Of a stretch of DNA of 64,000 bases, positions 1-13,139 are shown in pieces (position 1 is the first letter of the stretch; every line of letters begins with the position of its first letter). The DNA lies in contig NC_043000.1 of assembly GCF_006345805.1 (NCBI RefSeq), positions 147,188,001-147,252,000 on the forward strand. The letters run 5' to 3'. The translations under genes were made by a program, and so were the position numbers. This DNA comes from Octopus sinensis (Eukaryota). The notes under the pieces were generated by a model. That model saw only the letters and a program-made list of their open reading frames with translations. It did not search any database and was not told where the DNA came from.

Positions 1-62
1 GAAGAAGAGAAAGAAAGAAAGAAGAAAGAAGAGAAGTAAGAAGAAGAAGGTACGACCTAGAT

Positions 63-1540
63 ATGCTCAGTCACCCCCCTAAAGCAATAAATAAAAATAC
101 CCTACTAGTATCCTTCGATGTAGTCAACCTCTATTCTAATATATCACACAGCCTAGAAATAGAGGTAATCCAATTTTGGCTAGAGAATTACGCCAATGAA
201 CTCCCACATCGCTTTCAACGAGCCCTAGAACTCAACATCCATGAACTCAGACATCTCAAACTAAAGAAGGATTTACAACAAAAAGCCCTACCATACATCT
301 CCACACACAACCCCTTAACAGTGAATCCTTCGACATCATCCTCCAGAACATTCCTCTACTAAAAAGGGACCACGGAATGAATTTAATCCTCCAAACGCAC
401 ACCATCATAAAGGGAAGAAGACAGCCTAAATCTATGAAAAGTCTCCTAACACAAGCCCAAGTACACTCATCAACAACACTGACGCAATCAGTAAAAAAAT
501 GCAGAAGACTTAAATGTGGTATATGCGTCGACCTAATTGAGGGATCGGAGTTCTCCATCAAACAAGGTCAACGTTTTACAGTGAAAAACAACTTCACGTG
601 TGCTTCGAAAAACCTAATATATGTACTAACTTGTATTGGGTGTCATAGGTCAAACCAAAAACAGTCTACGCCAAAGGATGACCCTACATAGATCCCAGAT
701 TAAATTTCAAGAATACAGAAAAATATCATTCAGCGAACACATCGTCATTTGCGCCACTGACGAACAACCCAGCTTCAGAATTTTTCCCCTCTATAAATTC
801 AGGTATGATGGAACCTATAATCAGTGTATTAGCAAAGAGTCATATTTTATTGCAAAATATAAACCCCTTTTGAATGCTTCAACCACAAATGACACTATTA
901 CAAGGGCCTTAGAATAATACCCACGCAAATATTAAAAACGATATATTCAGAACAGTCACTACCCATGAATTTATTCAGAATGATTCCGATCACTACTAGT
1001 ATAACCACAACAGGTCACTTTTATGTCACTTGACCATTTAAGAAGACTTTACTAACAGCCTATTACTGCCACACCACCTCCGTCTTTTTCTTATACTCTC
1101 TCTCTCTCTCTTCTTTTCCTACTCTTCGTATTCTCCTTCCTCTTCTTCCTCCTCTTCTTCTTCATCTTCACCGTCTCCTTCCTTGGCTACTACTGCTTAA
1201 ACAATCAAAACCAAGAACCCACAACCCTCATATTAAATATTTCTTCAGACCTGCTACTGCCTACCTACCGAGCCTTCACAAAAGTAAAAGAGAGAGAAAA
1301 AAAGAAAAAAGGAAAATGTCCCAAGTAATTGAAAACTATGGAAATACTTTAAAAAAATATTTCCCTTAATTTTTCCACAATCTATTCTTTTTTTTTTTTT
1401 ACATGCTTTACTCAAAGTTGAAAAAGTCGCAAAGGCTGGAACCGGTACTAAAATGTACTACACGATAAAATTATTTTAGCATTTTCTACCTTGTCCTATT
1501 TTCCTTATACATATCAACTCGTGTGTTACTTTTCAACCTT
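63..1540 (+). mobile_element. Internally deleted, frameshifted Penelope-like element (RT remnant + GIY-YIG endonuclease + 3' pLTR)
   Basis: The RT piece LLVSFDVVNLYSNI (63-215) jumps directly to thumb/linker RALELNIHELR. Then KCRRLKCGIC...FTCASKNLIYVLTCIGC / IGQTKNSLRQRMTLHRSQI...ESYFIAKYKPLLN is a PLE GIY-YIG with its upstream Cys motif. The element ends in (TA)n. Confidence 0.9.
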
Positions 1541-1662
<122 letters not shown>

Positions 1663-1706
1663 CACACATACATACAAACACACAGAAACATTTTAACTGA
1701 ATTGAT

Positions 1707-1897
1707 AGCGAAGGCGCGTGCATGGCTCAGTAGTATCGGTTTTTGCCTTTCCCTTGGATAACATCGGTGACGTGGAGAAAGGAGGCTAGTATACATGGGC
1801 GACTGCTGGTCTTCCAATGCTACCAGGGCTTCTACCTTGGACGGGAACTTTCTGGAGCAATCCCATGATCATTCATGACCGAAGGGAGTCTTTAACC
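1707..1897 (+). mobile_element. Internally deleted tRNA-derived SINE (family A, tail type 1)
   Basis: Head GGCGCGTGCATGGCTCAGT is fused directly to the tail also seen at 3620-3803. A 13-bp TSD TAACTGAATTGAT lies at 1694-1706 and 1898-1910. Confidence 0.85.
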
Positions 1898-2038
1898 TAA
1901 CTGAATTGATGCAAGAACGGAAGTACACACAAATACTATTTCTTATTTATAGTTGGCGTAGATGTCGCCACGTGCTTACTCTTTTTTCTTTTCTTTCTCA
2001 GTCTTTTTTTCTTTTTGAAACCATGTAGTGCCAGTCAT

Positions 2039-3075
2039 ATATGTATGTATGTATGTACGTATGTATGTATTATGTATGTATGTATGTACGTATGTATGCG
2101 TATGTTATGTTATGTATGTATGTATGTATGTATGTATTATGTATTTATGTATGTATGTCTGTATGTACGTATGTATGTACGCATGTATGTATTGTATGTA
2201 TGTATGTATGTATGTATGTATGTAGTATGTATGTATGTATGTATTCTGTATGTATGTATGTATGTATATGTATGTATGTTGTATGTATGTGTGTATGTAT
2301 GTATGTATGTAGTTGTGTGTTGTATGTATGTATGGTATGTATGTATGTATGTATGTATGTATGTATGTACGTATGTATATGCGTATGGTATGTATGTATG
2401 TATGTGGTATGTATGTGTGTATGTATGTATGTATACTTATGTATGTATGTATGTACGTATGTATGTATGTATGTATGTGTGTATGCATGTACGTATGTAT
2501 GTATTATGTATGTATGTATGTATGTATGTATGTTTGTATGTGTGTATGTATGTATGTACGTATGTATGTATTATGTATGTATGTATGTATGTTTTTATGT
2601 ATGTATTATGTATGTATGTATGTATGTATGTTTTATGTATGTACGTATGTATGTATGTATGTTTTTATGTATGTATGTACGTATGTATGTATTATGTATG
2701 TATGTTTTATGTATGTATGTACGTATGTATGTATATGTATGATATTATGTTTTTTATGTAATGTAATTATGTATGTATGTATGTATGTGTTTTTTTATGT
2801 ACGTATGTATGTAATGTATGTATGTTTTTATATGTATGTATGTACGTATGTATGTATTATGTATGTATGTTTTATGTATGTATGTACGTATGTATGTATT
2901 ATGTATCTATGTTTTATGTATGTATGTACGTATGTATGTATGTACGTATGTATGTATTATGTATGTATGTATGAATGTATGTATGAATGTATGTATGAAT
3001 GTATGTATGTATGTATGTATGTATGTATGTATGTATGTATGTATGTATGTATGTATGCATGTATGTATGTATGTA
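2039..3075. repeat. About 1 kb degenerate (TATG)n microsatellite
   Basis: Directly visible. It is the source of the MYVC/HTYI ORFs. Confidence 0.97.
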
Positions 3076-3474
3076 TATTTATTTACATATACTCTACCGA
3101 CCGTTGGATATTAACGTTGCCAAAAATAGAAATCAAACAAAGTAGTTGGGTCGATATGCTGATTGAAACCGTATGAAGCTGTCCTCTAATATGGCCATTG
3201 TCCAGCGACCAAAATCGCTAAAGGAAAAAAGTATAATAGTTGTTATGCAAAATATTTTTAGCACTTTTTTAAGTAAACGCAGTTTTTAAAAATGCAGAAC
3301 TACTTCATATCCATGTGTTCATTGCCACATGATGCTCCTTTAATTAAAAACACCTTCAAACTTCTTATTAGTACATTTTTTTTTATGAATTTGTTTAGTA
3401 CTTGTTTTTGACTTTTTTTTTACCTTCCCCTTTAGTTTTTGCCCGGATTCATTGAGCTTAACCATTCCAACCAT

Positions 3475-3803
3475 GTGGAGGCGCATGGCTCAGTGGTTAG
3501 ATCGTGAGGTTGTGAGCTCGAATCCCGGACCGGGCTGCGTGTTGTGTTCTTGAGCAAGACACTTTATTTCACGTTGCTCCAGTTCACTCAGCTGTAGAAA
3601 TGAGTTGCGACGTCACAGGTGCCAAGCTGTATCTACCTTTGTCTTTCCCTTGGATAGCACTGGTGGCGTGGAGAGGGGAGGCCGGTATGCATGGGCGACT
3701 ACTGGTCTTCCATAAAAAACAACCTTGCCCAGACTTGTGCCTCAGAGGGTAACTCTCTAGGTGCAAACCCATGGTCACTCATGACCGAAGGGGGTCTTTA
3801 CCC
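3475..3803 (+). mobile_element. tRNA-derived SINE (family A, CORE-like centre)
   Basis: A-box TGGCTCAGTGG, B-box-like GCTCGAATCCC and central TTGAGCAAGACACT. A 14-bp TSD TTAACCATTCCAAC lies at 3458-3471 and 3806-3819. Confidence 0.92.
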
Positions 3804-3992
3804 ATTTAACCATTCCAACAGGCAGTTTCATCAGAAATAAGAAAAACGTAACCGATTGTAGTAAACACACACTCGCATACACATGTAAGCACTCTCATAC
3901 ATCATGTGTGTGTGTGTACGTGTATGTGTGTGTGCGTGCATGCGTGTGCGTGCGTGTGTGTGTGGGCGTGCGTATGTGTGTTGTGTGTGTGT

Positions 3993-4306
3993 GAAGGTGC
4001 GTAGCTTAGAGGTTAGGGTAATCGGTTCGCGATTGTAATGTCGAGATCATAATGTCGTGAGTTCAATTCCCGGCGACGCGTTGTATCCTTGAGCAAGACA
4101 CTTTGTTTCACGTTCCTCCAGTCCACACTCATCTGACAAAAATGAATAGCACCTGTATTTCTGTGTCATGTTGAATCTCCCTGATAGCTACCTTAAGAAT
4201 ACACGTGTCTGTTGAGTGGTCAGCCACATAAACGTTAATTTCCCAAGCAGGCTGTTCCGTTGATCAGATCAACTGGAACCCTCGTCGTCGTAAGCGACGG
4301 AATGCC
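3993..4306 (+). mobile_element. SINE with family A head and family D tail
   Basis: Head and TTGAGCAAGACACT match family A. From ACCTGTATTT onward it matches the tail of 38922-39304 (CTCGTCGTCGTAA(G/C)CGACGG). Confidence 0.85.
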
Positions 4307-4340
4307 ATATATATATATATATATATATACACATACATAT

Positions 4341-4551
4341 AAAATGTGACCTCGTGTGTACCGTTGGCGATTTTTTTTCCTCTGTCTTCTCTTCTCTGGA
4401 TCTTTCCTTCTCCTATGTTTCCCACGAAGAGCTCCGCTCGAAAGGTTAACCCTGTTTCTTTCCTTCTTTCCTGAGCGTCCAATAATACTTTATTTGTTCC
4501 ATGTCCTCGCGTTGTTGTGTTTTTTTTTTGCGTTTTCTTGTTTGGATTAAC

Positions 4552-4646
<95 letters not shown>

Positions 4647-4902
4647 AAAAAAAACTGGGACAAGAACGCAAGACACCCAGAAGGCGATACAAAAAACACG
4701 GACACGACACTCACAAAAAGAAAACATAACAACGCGAGGACGTGAAACAGGTATAGTATTATTGGACGCTCAGGAAAGACGGAAAGAAGGGGGTTTAACG
4801 TTTCGAGCGGAGCTCTTCGTCACAAACATAGGAAAAGGAAACATCCAAAGAAGGGAAGACGGAGGAAAAAAATCGCCAACGGTACACATGCGGTCACATT
4901 TT
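4341..4902. mobile_element. Tail-to-tail pair of solo PLE pLTR-like elements around (TA)n
   Basis: 4341-4550 (+) and 4645-4902 (-) are homologous (AAAATGTGAC...CCGTTGGCGATTTT...ACGAAGAGCTCCGCTCGAAA...CCTGAGCGTCCAATAATACT). A third copy lies at 35499-35652 (-). Confidence 0.75.
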
Positions 4903-4918
4903 GAAAGCTATATATGTT

Positions 4919-4988
<70 letters not shown>

Positions 4989-5038
4989 TATGTGTGTATA
5001 TATATATATGTACATATATATATAAATACATATATACA

Positions 5039-5069
<31 letters not shown>

Positions 5070-5639
5070 GTGTGCATATTTATGCGTGTGGATTTCGGCA
5101 TGTGTATAGATATACATATATATGTTTACATGTATGCTTATATACATTTACATATGATTGTATATATGTGTGCATATATGTATGCATATATGTGTGCATA
5201 TATGTGCGCGTATATATGTATTTGTGCATGTAGCACGGCGTGTATATTTATTTCAGTATTTGTAATGTTTTACGCAATAACTGGAACGAAACGTGATATT
5301 TCGATAATCCAATGATAATATTCCGTAATCTCATACACAATATCTCCTTATTAAGTCACCACAAGGTATAACTAAATTCTGTAGGTATAACCTCTGAGTA
5401 TGGAGTGTGTCGGGTTGAAGAGAATTACTGGCTTATAAATGTAACAGTATAACTGAATAACAGAATAGAATCACAAATATACTGTTATTCTTAATCGTTT
5501 TTGAAAACACTTTAAATAAACCCTGTAAAAAATGCGATATGTATGGATAAACGTTTAAGTGTGTGTATATATGTATACGTACAAACGTGTGTGTATATAT
5601 GTAGGTGGTGGGAATTGCAAACAAAACTTTTATCAATTA

Positions 5640-5836
5640 CTTTTTACTGGTTTCATGGACTGCGCCCATGCTGGAGCCCCGCCTTAAAGAAATTTAGTCT
5701 TCGTCTTTTTTAAGCATAGTACTTATTCAATCGTATCTTTTGCCGAACCGCTAAGTTACGGGGGCGTAAATACACCAACACTGCAGTTGGTGGTGAAGGA
5801 CAAAACACACACACAAACACACACACACACACACAT

Positions 5837-5865
<29 letters not shown>
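5640..5865 (-). mobile_element. 3' half of SINE family B
   Basis: GACTGCGCCCATGCTGGAGC...TTTTGCCGAACCGCTAAG matches the full copies at 35711, 51685 and 54258. Confidence 0.8.
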
Positions 5866-5868
<3 letters not shown>

Positions 5869-6126
5869 TCAGAAACCCGGGTCCGTGCGTATTACGCCAG
5901 GTCGACGATGAGAAGGATGGGTTCCCTTTGCAAATACTGATAGGGCACAGAACGTGTGTCAATAGCAAGCTGGATAAGATGTTCTCCTGGGCTACAAGCT
6001 ACAGTAGCATCCACCCTTAGTGGTTAGCCACATTTAAGTGGCAAATATACTTCACATTGTCGTGCAGCTACTGTTTATACCTCGTTCAGAGATTTATTAT
6101 TGCTTTTATATATATATATATGATAT

Positions 6127-6222
6127 ATCGTCGTTCAACTCCATTCTTTAAATCGTCGTTCAACTCCATTCTTAAATCGTCGTTCAACTCCATTCTTAAA
6201 TCGTCGTTCAACTCCATTCTTT
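6127..6222. repeat. 24-bp minisatellite, 4 copies
   Basis: AAATCGTCGTTCAACTCCATTCTT is repeated four times. Confidence 0.95.
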
Positions 6223-6714
6223 CATTTATTTGTATTTAAAAAAAAACACACAAATTTCCACACGAAAGCACGTGATCTCTGCCCTTGACATGTAGCTTCA
6301 ACCGTGTTTTTCTGACGTGAATTTACTACCCAGGTATCGGTTAACCGAATTATCCATACTAAGATAATTCATTCAACTACTTATATAATATATATATATA
6401 TGTATGTACACACGCACGCGCGCGCATACACACACACACATATATATATATTGGTATTTAGTAGAGGCAATAGAGTGACTCAAGGGCCGAGAGTTTCGTG
6501 AGTCAACAGTTATCAAACTAGTTACAGATCAAGAGGCTGTGAATTTATATGCCTATAATAATAGCATTTCCCTGGACAGTTTATGGAACAAATTATAAGA
6601 ACAATTGCAATGTCGCGTGGATATTTCATATTTTTCAAACAGTTTGCTCGTTCTGCCGATCAATGAGTAAACACATAAATAAATAAACAAATAAACAAAT
6701 AAATAAATTATATA

Positions 6715-9160
6715 CACCAAGACATCAGAACATTTTGGACCTAGTGTTTAGTAACCACACTAACACTATACATAACGTTACAGTGGAAAAAACCCTTCTT
6801 TCAGACCATGACATGGTTCTCTGTAACATGAAATTCCACCAGCCGAAAGCTAATCCTAGTGACCTTCCTCCAGCCCACCCATTTGACAACATGGATCTCC
6901 ATAAAGCCAACTGGGATGCATTAGGAACGAGCTATCAAATGTTGACTGGTCCTTTACACATACACACATCTCCACCAACCATAAAACATCTTGGCAGATC
7001 TTTGTAGACACCGTCACAGACATATGTGCAAAACACTCCCCCCACCAAGACCTGTGAACAAAAAGTGCAGAATCCCCCAAAACAGAAAAACCATTTTCAG
7101 AAAAATAAAAAGAACAAACAAAAAATTAACAAACTAAAGTACTGCCAACAGCAACACACACATTCGACGGCTATCGCACTGCTTGAATCCAAAAAATATA
7201 ACCTCCAACAATGCATGAAGACCCTCATCAATAACCAAAGATCAGCTGAGGAGAAGTGAGCCATTGAAAAAATCAAACTCAACCCCAAAGTGTTCTTTTC
7301 ATTTGCGAGGAAACGCAGGGTCACTGTCTCCACTGTAGGCCCTCTAATTGACGAAACTGGCACTCTCCAAGATAATGCCAAATCCATGGCCGAGATACTG
7401 CAGAAACAATACTGCTCTATTTTCAGCAATCCTGATATGGCCGATCTGGGCTGTATCAGTGATGTCAACCCCCAACACACTATATCGGACATAACGTTTA
7501 GTGCCCCTGATGTCTTAGCGGCGATAAACGAAATAAAACACAATTCAGCAGTAGGCCCCGATAGGTTCCCTGCTTGTGTCCTGAAGGTGGGCGACACCAA
7601 CTTGCATCTCCCCTTGCTAATCTGTGGAGAAACTCACTGGATGCTGGCTATATTCCAAAAAACCTTCTGTCCCAGTCTGTTGTCCCAGTTTTCAAAAAGG
7701 AAACAAGTCCCTTGCAGTGAATTACCGTCCGATCTCACTCACCTCTCATATCATCAAGGTATTTGAGAGTGGTGAGATCTCGAATAACCCAATTTCTGGA
7801 AAGCAACAGACGGCTGATCTCCAACCAACATGGGTTCCGTAATGGAAGGGACTGCCTAACGCAGCTCCTGCATCACTTTGAGGACATTTTGAGAGCTTTG
7901 GGAGAGGGCTCCAACACCGATGTCATCTACCTTGATTTCAGTAAGGCCTTCGACAGGGTCGATCACAAGATCCTATTGAAAAAACTATCCAACATTGGTG
8001 TCTCTGGAAAGTTACTGAAATGGATTAAGTGTTTCCTGACAGACAGATCTCAACATGTTGTAGTTGAAGGGGTAAAATCAAGCCCAGCCAAAGTCAGTAG
8101 TGGCGTTCCGCAAGGCACTGTGCTGGGCCCACTTCTTTTCATCATTTACATTAATGACATTAATGACATCATCAAGCACAGCAACATAAAAATCTTTGCA
8201 GATGACTCCAAGCTACAGAAGGTCATAAATGAGGCGAGTGACCGGACATGCCTTCAGTCAGATCTACTGGCTGTTATCCAATGGGCAGAAAAAACAATAT
8301 GCTGCTGAACGAGGATAAATTTGAGCTAATCCACTTTGGAAAAGAGGATGCCCTGAAACTCCCATACTCCCTTCCTTCAGGTGAAACTCTCGCGGCGTCC
8401 AACAACATCAGAGACTTGGGAGTAATTGTGGACAACAACGTAAGCTGGGCCACTCATATAAACACCAAAGTTGACATGGCCCGCAGAATGTGTTCCTGGA
8501 TTCTCAGAACTTTCCAGTCGAGAGATATCCACACCATTATCCTTCTTCTCTCTCTCACTTTTGCCCGACCCCACCTTGAATACTGTTGTCCACTGTGGTC
8601 TCCCCACACAATACAAGGTATCATAAAAGTTGAAGCACCTCAAAGGGCAATCACAAAAAAGATAGATGGCATGACAGGCCTCGACTATTGGGGTCGACTA
8701 GAAAAGCTAAAACTCTATTCTCTCCAACGTCGTCGTGAGCGCTACATCATCTGCATGATGTGGAAAATATTCCATCAGCATTGCCCAATGATGTTGGCAT
8801 CACCTTTAAGGTACATCCAAGGCTTGGGCCCCGTGCCATCCGCCCAAAACAAAAATCGCACTCTCATCTCATAACAACAATACGGCACAATTATTTCACC
8901 TCAATTGGCCCCGCTCTCTTTAACATTACACCAAAACACATTAAAACAGAAACTGACCCTATAGGGTTCAAGAAGTCTTTGGACAGATTCCTTCAAGAAA
9001 TCCCGGATAAACCCCCTACACCCGGATATGTCTCTGTAAACAATAACTCTCTACTTGAGTGGGCCATAGTGCCAAAATTCTGACTTGAAAGACTTCACCA
9101 GGTGGTGCTATTAAGTTAGACATGGCCTGGGCCAATAATGGCCGAAACCTATCAAAGTAT
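6715..9160 (+). mobile_element. 5'-truncated, frameshifted CR1/L2-group LINE (APE end + RT + 3' UTR)
   Basis: APE end DLVFSN...LLSDH. RT motifs NYRPISLTSHIIKVFE, NQHGFRNGRDC, YLDFSKAFDRVDH, SGVPQGTVLGPLLF, FADD, RPHLEYCCPLWSP and LYSLQRRRER. C-terminus FKKSLDRFLQEIPDKP. The motifs are split over several frames. Confidence 0.95.
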
Positions 9161-9282
9161 AATATATATATATATATACGTATGTATATATATATATATA
9201 TTGACTCACATACACAAATATATCTCTAGATTTGTTTATTTAAATGCAAGTATGTGTCTATATGTGTGTCACATATGACGTC

Positions 9283-9363
<81 letters not shown>

Positions 9364-9898
9364 TGTGTACCTTCATATTATAAATAATACATAATAATAA
9401 AGCTAACCAAAAATATCCCAGTTCGATACTTTTGAGTGTTTTGGTTGCTTTTTGCTTTTTTTTTTGTTGTTGCTTTTTTCCTGTCTTGTGTAGAATATTT
9501 TGGTTGCATTAATTTATTTATCATTTGTTCGGTTTGCAAAACATGTACCTGTGTGCCTTTTGTGCATGTACAATATTATACCCGTCTAATATATGTGTAT
9601 GTGTGTGTATATGTGTGTGTATGTGAGTGTGTGTGTGTGTGTATGAGTGTGCGTTTGTATCTATGTCTGTATGTATGCATGTATGTATGTATATATATGT
9701 ATGCATGTATACACACACACACATATATATATATATACGTCTATGTGTGGTGTGTGAGCTGATGTATATGACTATATGTATGTTAGTGCGTGTATAAAAA
9801 TTTTTAGTCGCCTACATATACATCTGTAAATACACTGAATACAATTTTTTTATACATCTCTGTAATTGTTTTGTATTATTTTCATTCTAAAGTATAAA

Positions 9899-9953
<55 letters not shown>

Positions 9954-10661
9954 ACCCCCCTCGCTCGCTCTGTGTTTTCTGTGCCTTATCGATCGACGGT
10001 GAACTTTTTAAAACATATTGTCTTAACTGTAGGGTTACGTCAACAAGATCAGAATGAAAGCAAAGAGAAATCAATACGAGCTAATCAATGAAGAGGGTTA
10101 TTCATATAAATCAATCTTTTCTGTATGTAGATCGAATAGAATATTCGACGTTAAAGACGCAGAACATTGGAGGTTATAAACATGAATTATAGCTTTGATA
10201 TGTTGGGGGTTATATATGTGTGTATATACATATGCGTGTGCTTGTCTTTGTGTGTGTATGTGTGTGCCTATCTGTGTGTGTGTCTGTGTGCGTGTGTGTG
10301 TCTATGTGTCTGTGTATATATGTGTTGGGGGATATATATGGTTATTAAGGTATATATAAAAAACAATTTAGCATCAAATTGAAGGATTACTCAATACTTT
10401 TAAACGGAGTACATATATATTTAACAAAAAAAAGAGTGCTCATAGGCAAATGGTAAAAAAAAAAAGTACTCAATAATTGGTGTTTCAGAATGTATTATTC
10501 TTTCGGAGCTGATGGTTCGATTTCGAGCCGCGTGCACAGTCCTCGGGTGACAATTTCTTGTAGTATTTTGAGGAACTCTTCTGATGAGAAATTCTAAGAA
10601 GCATTGGATTGAATCAACAGCTTGAAACGAATGAAAACATGTGTATGTTTTACGTATATAT

Positions 10662-11029
10662 GTAGGTAGGCAGGTAGGTAGGTAGGTAGGTAGGTAGGTA
10701 GGTAGGTAGGTAGGTAGGTAAGGTCGGTAGGTAGGTAGGTATGGTCGGTAGGTAGGTAGGTAGGTAAGGTATGTAGGTAGGTAGATAGGTAGCTAGGTAG
10801 GTAGGTAGGTAGGTAGTTAGGTAGGTAGGTAATTAGGTCCGTCGGTAGGTAGGTAGGTACGTACGTACTTAGGAAGGTAGGTAGGTAGGTATGTAGGTAG
10901 GTAGGTAAGTAGGTAGGTAGGTAGGTAGGTAGGTAGGTAGGTAGGCTGGTAGGTAGGTAGGTAGGTAGGTAGGTAGGTAGGTAAGTCCGTCGATAGGTAG
11001 GTAGGTAGGTAGGTAAGTAGGTCCGTCGG

Positions 11030-11120
<91 letters not shown>

Positions 11121-11127
11121 ATAGATA
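10662..11127. repeat. Compound (GTAG)n-(GATA)n microsatellite
   Basis: Directly visible. Confidence 0.97.
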
Positions 11128-11894
11128 AGCTCTATTCTCACCAACGCCGCCGTGAGGGCTACATTGTTTGTACAATGTAGAAAATGTTTCCAAATGGGGA
11201 AAATATTATTTTGTATAATACGGAAAATATTTTTCAATGTGGAAAATATTTCCCAAATTTTCCAAATGCCGCCGCCATCAAGTTCACAAGTCACCCAAAG
11301 CTTACCCACCTTCACCGCTCCGTACCACGCGTCTCCTACAAAATTTGAGTTCACATCACATAACAAGGTCACAACACATTTTTACCTCAATAAGTGTTGC
11401 TGCTTTTTTCAAAATTATCCTGAAAGAAATTTTTAAAAATAAAGCTTAACATTCAAGTGTTATTGGAACGAATTCCTCCAAGAAATACCAAACACCGATA
11501 TTCAAATGCATTAAAGCAAGCAACTCCCTGCTCAAATGAGCTCAGATGGACCAAAAACATGACTTAAGAGACTACTCCAAGGGCTGCTAAGTTTGACATG
11601 GTTTGATCCAGTAATACCCGAAGCCTATTTCAGTTGCGTGTGTGATTTACTTTTTCTTTTTTAATTTTTTTCTTTTTTCATATATTTCATTCCAAATACA
11701 TTATTGAGATTCTTAAGAGGGAATGCCTATTTTCTTCAACTTCGGTAACAGGTTCGATAATAACACTTATTGCATACTTCGTTTAGATCATACAGCTACA
11801 ATTTGCCAGGTGAATAATATTATGTTCGTGGGAAAGGCATTTTTTTATGCATCTTTAACATCACTTGAATCTATTTTAACCAACTACGAGATTT

Positions 11895-12335
11895 GGATCT
11901 TTTCGGTTTGAACGGCAGTTTTTTTTTTCTAGCGGTGTCATATGAAATTATCACCCATAATTATGACCCTAGTATCGGTCTATTGCATTTCAATCTGTTT
12001 TAGGGTTAGGGTTAGGGTTAGTTAGGGTTAGGATTAGGGGTGGGAGGAAGGGTATCTTTTTTTCTATAGAAATGTAAATAAACCCAATCTGTTTCTTAAA
12101 TGAGGGACATAATCATATGGCACAGAATGTTTTCACCTCAATAGACGTCATTGATTGGGTGAAATTGTAGAAATTGAAGAAAAAAACAACAAATATCTTA
12201 CAAACTATAGAATTTTCTCAATAAGGCCAAAAAAAAAGATGTTTTATAAACACATTCTACCAGTATACGAAGTTTAAAAGTGTTTAGTTACGTGGAAATT
12301 ATTTAAAAAAACTGCCGTTCAAACCGAAAAGATCC
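11895..12335. mobile_element. MITE with about 30-bp TIRs, 8-bp TSD and internal TTAGGG repeats (Merlin- or MULE-like)
   Basis: TIR GGATCTTTTCGGTTTGAACGGCAGTTTTTT at 11895-11924 with its reverse complement at about 12305-12335. Flanks are CGAGATTT and CGAGATGT. The superfamily is inferred from the GG termini and 8-bp TSD. Confidence 0.85.
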
Positions 12336-12489
12336 CGAGATGTATATGCCTCTGTTTCTGCTAGACTGATTATTTTGATGTTCACTCTATTATTTCGACG
12401 ACTACTGAAGTTATGACAAATTTTTTTATGAGTGGTTACAAATATACTATGTTGGAAGAAAGCTATATCCATAGACATGGCTGTGCCAT

Positions 12490-12615
12490 TTTCAAAAACC
12501 TTGTTGAGAGGTTGAAGTGCTTTGCTCAAGAACACAATGTATGGTCTCGTCAAGGAATCATAACCACACCACGATCGTGAGTACAGCCTAGCCACGAGGC
12601 CATACGCCTTCACTA
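12490..12615 (-). mobile_element. Degenerate family A SINE
   Basis: The reverse complement gives GAAGGCGTATGGCCTCGTGG...TGTGTTCTTGAGCAAAGCACTT. Confidence 0.6.
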
Positions 12616-12759
12616 CATCGCAATACAGAATAAAATGGAACTTTTGTATTTCACCTTTCGTATACAATCTCAAAATGAAATCCAAACAGAAGGCGTTCTG
12701 CATTTAAAAAGTTGAAGGAAGTATTTCAGCACTTAGTTTCCAGAGGTTGTCCAAGATTA

Positions 12760-13120
12760 TTCCTTAATGATCATCGATCCACTCACAGCGAAAAATCAAC
12801 AAAATTCCAGAAACGATTCAAGAGGAATTCTTCGAATTGACAAATAACCTTACTGCACAAGTTCTCCACAATATTTCTTCTTCCCTTGAAAGCCTTTGGA
12901 CCTGCATGTTAAATAACTATCTTTGTGTCACAGATCACGCATTAAGAATCCTTCTTCCGTTTGCATCAATGCAATTTTGTGAACGTAGATTTCTTCACTT
13001 TTCAAAGTCAAATCAAATTATAAAAACTTTTTGAATATTGAAAATTATCTCCGTTCTGCTTTAGCAAATACTGTCTACCAAAACGTATTCAAAAATTATT
13101 GACCACATATTACAGAAATA
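12760..13120 (+). mobile_element. hAT (Buster/ZBED-type) transposase C-terminal remnant
   Basis: IQEEFFEL...LWTCM...HALRILLPFASMQFCERRF, then after a frameshift LNIENYLRSALA. This resembles the hAT dimerisation motif LLPF.TTYLCE..FS. Confidence 0.7.
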
Positions 13121-13139
13121 TTGATTTCAAATTTTAGCA

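Noticed and set aside
2015-3176. Long ORFs (up to 287 aa) such as MYVCMYVC, and similar YIYI, HTHT and LSIY ORFs across the window
   Set aside because: They are translations of (TATG)n, (TA)n, (CA)n and (GATA)n microsatellites that happen to lack stops.
3475-3540. tRNA genes at SINE heads (also 38922, 39321, 49442 and 58769)
   Set aside because: A/B boxes are present but no complete cloverleaf was found, and each continues into a SINE body.
9120-9160. CTG-GGCCA-ATAA-TGGCC-GAAAC at the LINE 3' end as a hammerhead
   Set aside because: It lacks the ANGA of the core and stems I and III. A LINE 3' recognition stem-loop explains it better.
10575-10635. CTGATGAG...GAAAC as a hammerhead
   Set aside because: No convincing stem I, II or III pairing.
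12000-12040. Telomere or chromosome-fusion relic
   Set aside because: There are only a few units and they lie inside a TIR/TSD-bounded MITE.
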